DNA of 64,000 nt, from NCBI RefSeq assembly GCF_009914755.1, contig NC_060938.1. One strand, given 5' to 3'. The notes below the pieces were generated by a model. That model did not search any database and had not been told where the DNA came from. It was given only the letters and a program-made list of their open reading frames with translations. This DNA is from the human T2T-CHM13v2.0 reference genome, Homo sapiens. A program made the translations under genes and the position numbers. Each line of letters begins with the position of its first letter. Position 1 is the first letter of the stretch. Below, in pieces: positions 56,751 to 64,000 of this stretch.

Positions 56751-59700
56751 CTCCAGCCAAGGAGGAGGGAGGAGGCCCTGAGGACTCCTGCCTGCCGGAG
56801 GAAGCCATACACCTTCCCCCGAGACTCTGGCCCCCAGCTCTTCTCTGGCTCCCAGCTCTGCTCTGGCCCCTCCTACGACAGGGGCCCCCTCCAGGACAGC
56901 ACTCTTTATTCCAAATCTCTCAAGTTCCCTTTGGATTGAGCTGCAGCGTTCTTCACTGTTTGAAACCATCTAGAACCAGCCTAGGCTCTCCCTGTGTCCC
57001 AGGCCACTGGCTCTCTGAAGACAACCCTTATCTTCTCCACTGCGCCCCTGGGGGAGGGCAGGTGCATGCCACTGGGAGGAGGGCGGGATCGGGGAAGCAG
57101 GGCACCCACAGGCTCTGGGAAGGGGAGGCCTCCCCACAACTCCCTGCCTTGCGGCAGGTTCTGCTGCCTCCTGCTGAGTTCATGCCGGTGGGCTCAGCGT
57201 CCTCACCTGCCGGTTGCCTGCCCCGCCCTCCACACATGCTGTGAGGCCCCAGAAATAAGAAGCCGAAAACACTGTACAAACAGTCCGATCCCTTCAGGGC
57301 GGTTCTTCTCCCCGGGCTTTGGATTGCACCTAAAATCCCCTGATCCAGAATAAGAAGTAGGCAACCCAGGAAGTCCTTTATCTGCAGGAAGCAGCCCATA
57401 TCAGAGGGGTCCTTCGTGAGCCCAAGGCCCTGTCCCTGCCCATGCCTGGCATTCACTGTCATCCGGCAGGGAGCATCCACTGTGTCCTTTCATCTCGGTG
57501 ATTCTCCGTCTTCCCCGTCAGGTCAGTGCTAGTCCCATGAGGCAAGCTCCTTGCCTTGTTCACACTGTCTCCCCAGCACCCTGACAACATGTCCCCTGAG
57601 AGACGTGTAGTACCCTTTTGTGACAAGAGTACACAAAACAGAACTCCTTGTGGCAAACAAGGAATCCGCCTTTCACCACGGGGAGTGGTCCAGGGGAAGC
57701 AACAAAGTTAGAACAAAGGCCCCATGGTGTGTGGCTTGGAGAAGCCCAGTGGGCTGTGTCCTGAGGATCGGGGTCAAACAGAGCAGCCATTCGGAGTCCT
57801 GATGATGTGGGCTCGCCACACATCATCAGGGGGCAGGAGGAGGAGACGGATCAATGCTAATGGCAGCAGTGAACCTGGGGGCACCCAGCCTCTCTTCCTG
57901 AGACGTGCTGATGTATTTATCAACTGCTATGACCACGTAAATTAATGTTAGTCAATACAGAAATACGAATTCGAAAGATATTTAGTTTGTTCTAATGTGT
58001 GTGGTATAGAAACTAGGTGATATTAACTGTAGTGGAAATGGCTCAGGAAACCCTTTTAGCAATTACCCAGTGGAGGGCTGTTTTCAGCAATTGTTGGGTG
58101 ATCCTTCGACATGGCTGTTCCTAACTGATGCTCCTCTCTGAGCCATGATTTGACAGGAATCCCCAACTCTTCCAGCGGCCTGCCCTGTGAGAGCCACAAG
58201 GACCTGGGCCCCACCCCTGTGCTGTGGCCAGCAGGTGGATGGCAGCACTGCTCCTGCCCACCTGGACACACGTGCGAGGCCGTCTGACTCCCCTCATACC
58301 CCTGACCCCATCCCTACTGCTGCCCCACACTCCAGCCCCAGCCCCCCTGCCTATGCTGCCTCCCGGCCTCTGCCTCGGCCCTTCTTTCTGCCTGGAGTCC
58401 TCTTTCCTCGAGTGTTTACGTGAATGGGGCCCCCAGCTTTTCTGGGTTTTCTGCGCAGGTCTGTTCAACCTTCCCTGGCCACCCTTTCTAAAACCTTAGC
58501 ACCTCCACTGCGGACACCCCATCCCTCTCCTCGGCCCTATCTTCTCCTTAGTGCTTATTCCAGCTGCATCCCACAGACTGAGTGAGTGAGTGAAGAACGC
58601 AGGCCGGGAGACTCCTTTGGGGACCCCAAAGGGACTCCGTGGAGTGCCCCCGGCCCCCAGGAGAACGCTGTTCTCCAAGAACTCTTAAGTCCACCGTAAG
58701 GAAAATGTAACAGGATTTTAAAAGGCAAGGGGAAAGACGCAGGAAGGGAGCTTTCCTGAGTGCTGGAATTTTCTACTATTTCAGCCATTTTTCACAAGAA
58801 CCTATGAGACAGGTGTTTTCACTCCCACACCAGAGAGGTGAAAAACCAAGCCCTGGAGAGCTTAAGCTCAAGGTCCCCGGCTCCTTAACGCAGAGCCAGG
58901 GCAACCTCAGGTGCGCCCCACTCTGAAGTCCTGCCGTCTCTCAGACCCAGCCTCCACATCTAGGAAGCAGCAAAAGCGCAGAACAGAAGCCAAACTATCC
59001 CAGGGTGTGAGCCTTCTTCTCATCCGTGTCCCACCCAGTGGTCCCAAAGGTCCAGATCTCAGAGCTCTGGAGAGCAGGGACCTGATACTCTGAGGCTGCG
59101 GGGCCTGTGTCCCCCACCGACAGGAGCCAAAGGCCCATGCCCTGCCTGGGTTCCACACCCCCGGCCTGGGTTCCACCCCCGAAGCTGTCCGCTCCCATCA
59201 GGACGGGGCCTCTGACGTACAAAACCCAGGCCCTGCCTTGGACTGGTTTCGGGTTTCTACAACACAGTAAATCAGCGTGTTTTTATTTCTCCATCTGTAA
59301 ACATCTCTCCATCTAATACGGTAACTGCTGTTTATACAGAGCTATAAAAACAGAGGTCAGAGCACAGTAAGATTATAGTCTTACTTCAATACATCCAATC
59401 CATAATAAAATACAATCTCACAAACGATCCAGAGGACCCGTTTAGGGGTTCCTTAAGAATTCATGTCTGTCATATGTAAGGATTCTATTCTATAATATTT
59501 TCCACAGCTGTCAGGACCCATTTAAAAGGCAATATCCTTTTGCTGGCATTTGATTTAGGCTCTGTTTATACCACGTGGAGGATTGTTAATTCTGCGATGT
59601 CTGACTCAGGGGTGTTTGATTACATGGAGGCCACCACCAACAGGGTGACACATGATGTAGTGTGAGACCGGGGAGCGGGGCTGCAGCCAGGCCCCTGTCC

Positions 59701-59915
59701 TGATGAGGTGCGTCTGCAGGGATGGGACTCAGCGGCGGGGAAATGAGACGCTCTGTTTTCCAGGCAGCCTGGGCTGGTGGCAGGAAGAGCTCTGGCGAGA
59801 GATGAATAGGACTTGGCCCAGCCATGCGCTCGGTGACGGGCGTGAGAGTTCATTTGCTGCTTGAAGATTTAGTTCCCAATTAATAAGTGGAGAGCCAGCC
59901 TGGTGCCTCAGGAGG

Positions 59916-60320
59916 TGTTCCGGGCTGAACTGTGTCCGCCACCCCCGCCCCAGCCCCCACCTTCTCCAAAAAGTCTATGTTAGGGTCCTAACCTCGGCAC
60001 CTCCAAATGTGACTGTGTTTGGGGATGGGGCCTTCAAAGAGGTGATTAAAGTAAAATGAGCTCATACGGTCGGGTCATAATCCAATCTGACTGGTGTCCT
60101 TCTAAGAGGAGATTAAGACACAGACACGCGCAGAGGGAAGACCACGTGAAGATGGGGGAAGACAGCTGTCTGCAAGTCAAAGAGAGAGGCCTCAGAGGAA
60201 ACCAGCCCTGCTGACACCTTGGTCTTGGACTTCTAGCTCCTGTATTGTGAGAAACACATTTCTGTTGTTTAAGTGCCCTAGTCTAGGATGCTTGGTGCTG
60301 ACAGCCCTGGATAACTAACA
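59916..60320 (+). mobile_element. MLT1A0/MLT1B-type solo LTR
   Basis: tgttccgggctgaactgtgtcc..cctccaaatgtgactgtgtttgggg..taatccaatctgactggtgtcc..gctgacaccttggtcttggacttc..ataactaaca. Confidence 0.87.
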
Positions 60321-60689
60321 CTAAAGGGTCTTGGGCGGTTCCAGGATCCATGGACACTGCTCAGCCTTGTTTGACTATGTTTTTGTCATTAGAAGCAGCG
60401 CTGTCTGCGGGAAGGTGCCTTTCCTGCCCAGACTACTGAAGGAGACTGCCAGTACAAGAGGCTTTCACTCCCCTTGAGGGTGAAACCTTTGACCCTGCTG
60501 TCTTCCCTCCCTTGATGATCTCATTCCATCCCACACCCACTGAGGACCCCGAAATGTTTTACCCCAGCCCAGCCCTCTCCCCCAGCCTCAGAGCAAACAT
60601 CCCACTGCTTGCTTCACAGGCCTTCCTGCGTGCCTACAAGTCCTTCCCACCCAGGGTGGCCAAAACCCCAATCCCGAGCACCCTGCAAA

Positions 60690-61810
60690 CCTCCTCCCTT
60701 TAGTGGCTGTCACCATTTCAGAAATGGCACATTTCATTGCTTGGGCCAAATACCTGGAAGTTCTCCCACACTCCTCTCTTTCCACCACAACCACTCCCAG
60801 TTCATTGGCACCACCATCCCGTCAGCTCCCCTTCACCACATGTCCAGAATCCAGCCACTTTCTGCCCCCTCCAAGGCACCATCCTCATACAGCCATCATC
60901 ATCTGCCACCTCCTAACCCCTCACTGGACTGTGATGCTTTCCTGTTGCTGCTATAACAAGTTAGCACAAACTTGGTGGCTTAGAACAGCACACATGTATT
61001 CTCTTACGGCTCTGGCGGTCAGCAGTCCAGCATGGGTCTCCCGGGTCTGTATGTAGGGTGTCGGTAGGGCTGGTTCCTTCTGGAGGCTCCGAGGGAAATC
61101 CATTCCCTTGCTTCCTCCAGCTTCTAGAGGCTGCCCACACTTGTGGCTCCTGGCCCCTTCTTCCACCGGCAAAGCCTACTGCGTGCACCCTCCTCCTGGG
61201 TTGTCAAATCCTTTCCATGGACTCTGCTTCCACTCCGGGCCCCTCTGCAATGTCTTCACCACTCACCTGCCTGCATGCTCCTTTTAAAATGCAAATCAGG
61301 TCTGGTCCCAATGGAGAGAGCCTCCTGGTGGCCTAAAGACCCCTGGTGCTCTAACCCCTGAGAGCTGTCACCTCTCCTGCCATTCACTCCTCAAAAACCC
61401 ACTTCTCCTCACACTGGCCTTCCAGTTCTTTCTGGAACATGCCAAACATGCTCCACCCCGAGGGCCTTTCCCTTACTGTCCCTCTGCACACTTTCCCCAG
61501 AAACTAGTTCCCTGCAGGAGTCTGCCGAAAAGCCCCTTAGTCAGAGAGTTCCTCCCTGACCACACCACCTAAATTACAACCCAATCCTCCATCTGCAGCT
61601 CCCTCCATCTCTCCATCCTCTTCCATTGCTGCATTTTTCTGCATGGCATTTATCATTGTCTGATGTATACTTATTTGCTGATATTCTGTCTTCCCCACAA
61701 GGATGTAAGCTCTGTGGGAACAAGATGTGGTCCATCTTTTTCCCACTGCGTCCCCAGCTCTGGCTGGCACAGGGGGACATATACACATAGATGTGGTTGA
61801 ATAGGCAGAT
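60690..61810 (+). mobile_element. L2 fragment containing an antisense MLT1C/D fragment (~60930-61250)
   Basis: L2 motifs ccagaatccagccacttt and ggatgtaagctctgtgggaacaag. MLT1 motifs tgctataacaagttagcacaaacttggtggcttag..ccagcttctagaggctgccc. Confidence 0.65.
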
Positions 61811-62084
61811 GTGCATTTTGATTGATCAGTGGTTGAGGTTGAGACCTGAAAAAAGTCATTCCTGTGGTTCTTGAACCAGAAAATGTTTGAGTTAGAAGGC
61901 ACTTCAGGATTGCCTTGTCCCACATAATCCATACAGGAGCTCCCTTGGGGTTCCGCCCAGCAGAGGGTCCATCTGCCCCCAGGTTCAAGAGCTGAGCTTC
62001 CCCCACTGCTCTAGGATGCCCTAGAAGGCATCTCATCTTTTGAGTTCTTGGATTCCAGTGAAGAGTCTGATATAGATTGGGTTG

Positions 62085-62592
62085 CATAGATGGATGGATG
62101 AGGATGTAGAAGGATATATTGGTGAAAGTAAAATAAAATGGATGGATGGATGGATGGATGGATGGATGGAAAAATGGATGGGTAAATGGATGAATAGATG
62201 AAAGAAAAATGAGTGTATGGATGGAAGGAAGAAAGAAAAGATGATGAATAGATGGATAGGTGGATAGAAAATGAATAGATAGGTGGAAAAATGGAAGGAA
62301 AAGGGAAGGAAGGAAAGAAAAGGGAAGGAAGGAAGAAAAATGGATGGATGGATGGAAGGATAGATGGAAGGGAGGATGGAATAAAGGAAGGAAGAAAAGA
62401 TGATGGACAGATGGATGAGTGAAAACAGATAAATGGGTGGAAGGAAAATGGATGGAAGGAAGAAGGAAGGGAAGGAAGGAAGGAAAGAAGAAGGAAGGAA
62501 GGAAGGAAAGAAGAAGGAAGGAAGGAAGGAAAGAGAGAGGGAAGGAGGGAGGGAAGAAAGAAAATGTAGATGGGGGCAGATGGATGGATGAA
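62085..62592 (+). repeat. Compound (GGAT)n/(GGAA)n low-complexity repeat
   Basis: ~500 bp of interleaved atgg and aagg units. Confidence 0.95.
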
Positions 62593-63804
62593 AATCAGTG
62601 ACATGGAGCTCATCCCATTCCAAGGCAGCCTGTGGTCACTGGAGGGAACTGGCAGACAAAAAGCCCTTCTTGGAGCTGCACTGATATGCATTTCCCTGTA
62701 TTACAGAATTAGTTTGCCCAAGAACTTCCTTCTTTTCTTTTTCCATAGGTTTGCAGGCAGGAGAAAAGAGTGACAAAGTTTTTTCTTCCTCCTCTGTTCT
62801 ATGCTCCCCGCTGATACCTCTGGTAGAGCATTCACCTACTGGGCTGTAGCCTGTTGGGTGCATTTTCCCCCTAATACCACAGGCTCTCAATTTCCAGCAC
62901 AAAGCTCAGGACACCAGGAAACATCTGGTGATGGAAGGCTGAGGTCATAAAGGACAGCAATATCCCAGCCCACAGCAGGGTCCCCACACCTGCTGTACTG
63001 CATTCACTCGGTAGTGACTCCATTTCAAAAGGGGCCTCTCATGGGGTGGCCATGAGGAGCTGGAGCTTGTGAGCCCCTTAAAATGAAGGCAAAGTCATAT
63101 ACTTCACGTCTGCCCATTGCAAGAGTTCATCAAGAAAGACAGCACTGGTGTGTATTAAAAAACCACAATGTATTAAGTACCCGGCTCATATTTTCAACCA
63201 TTTAACTCCCAGAACAAACCAGCATCACCACCCCCATTCTGTGGATAGGGGAAATGGAAGCTAAGTTGAAACTGGTTTGCCCACAGCCACATAACTAGTT
63301 CATGGTGGAGCAAGACTTGAACCCAGGTCTCCTGCCTGGCTCTGTCTCTGCACCTCCACAGCTGAAGGAATGAGAGGTGAGCCGCCAGCAGTTATGTGCA
63401 GAAGGGGCTGATAGCAGGACAACGTGGGCCATTACCAGGCTCTCATTTCCCCTTCATTCCTCTGGAAGTCACTGAATAGACAAGGCAGGGAGGGCTCCGA
63501 CGACTACCTGGCACATGGAGGGTCCTGCACAGAGGGGAACTAAGGCGCATAGCAGAGAAACGGCTTGGCCATGGTCACAAATAAGAATGTGGCAGAAGTG
63601 GCCTGCTTGTAGGTGTCCTGTCCCCTTGACGTCGCCCTGTTTTGCTGTTCTGCTCCTACCTTCACTGGAGCCCATTTCACCCCTCCCAGCTCCCTGGCTG
63701 AGCCCCTCCTAGGCTACACTGTGTGCCCAGAGGGGTTGATTTGAGTCAGCCTCAAGCTGCACAATCCTGGGTGCTTCCTACTGACATTCACTCCTGGGAA
63801 GCCG

Positions 63805-63854
63805 GATTAGTCAGGGGTCTCCAGAGAGCAGAGAACAGAACCAATAGGAGGTGT

Positions 63855-63903
<49 letters not shown>

Positions 63904-64000
63904 GAGATTTATTCTAAGAAATTGGCTCACATGATTATGGAGACTGGCAAATCCAAAATCTGCAGTGTAGACTGGCATCCTGGAGACCCAGGAAGAGCTG
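63805..64000 (-). mobile_element. MLT2-type ERVL LTR with (GT)n at 63851-63900, cut by window end
   Basis: attagtcaggggtctccagag..cagaaccaatagga(gt)n aaagagatttattctaagaaattggctcacatgattatggagactggcaaatccaaaatctgcag. Confidence 0.87.

Noticed and set aside
56360-57244. Longest ORF (294 aa)
   Set aside because: Non-ATG start, runs through MIR and MER20 sequence, has no recognisable domain and is Pro/Leu/Gly-rich as expected for chance frames in GC-rich DNA.
58100-59900. GC-rich region as a CpG-island promoter
   Set aside because: CpGs are scattered and by eye below island density; no core promoter or first exon is evident.
62011-62691. 226-aa and 196-aa Ser/Phe/Pro-rich ORFs
   Set aside because: Antisense translation of the GGAT/GGAA repeat.

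Overview
Primate (most likely human) non-coding genomic DNA, intergenic or deep intronic. I see no credible protein-coding exon, RNA gene or CpG-island promoter and cannot assign the locus. The window is a layered transposon record: 9 Alus (J/S/Y types, most with visible target-site duplications), about 15 solo MaLR/ERVL LTRs (THE1B, MSTA, MLT1, MLT2), a ~5.3-kb nested L1 complex, DNA-transposon fossils (MER5, MER53, MER82, MER20) and many MIR/L2 remnants. The listed ORFs appear to be chance frames or repeat-derived. The most unusual items seen directly are four. (1) A perfect 44-bp-arm palindrome hidden by an Alu inserted in one arm (4627-5058). (2) A 101-bp templated copy of an Alu/flank junction placed 1.9 kb upstream inside a MIR (24584-24684). 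(3) A twin-primed, 5'-inverted L1MA nested in an older L1MB and carrying a 3 x 77-bp tandem. (4) Several repeat-free blocks dense in homeodomain, TCF/LEF, T-box and FOX motifs that resemble developmental enhancers. I find no evidence of a new gene-encoded system. Repeat subfamily names come from recall of consensus sequences and need RepeatMasker/Dfam confirmation.
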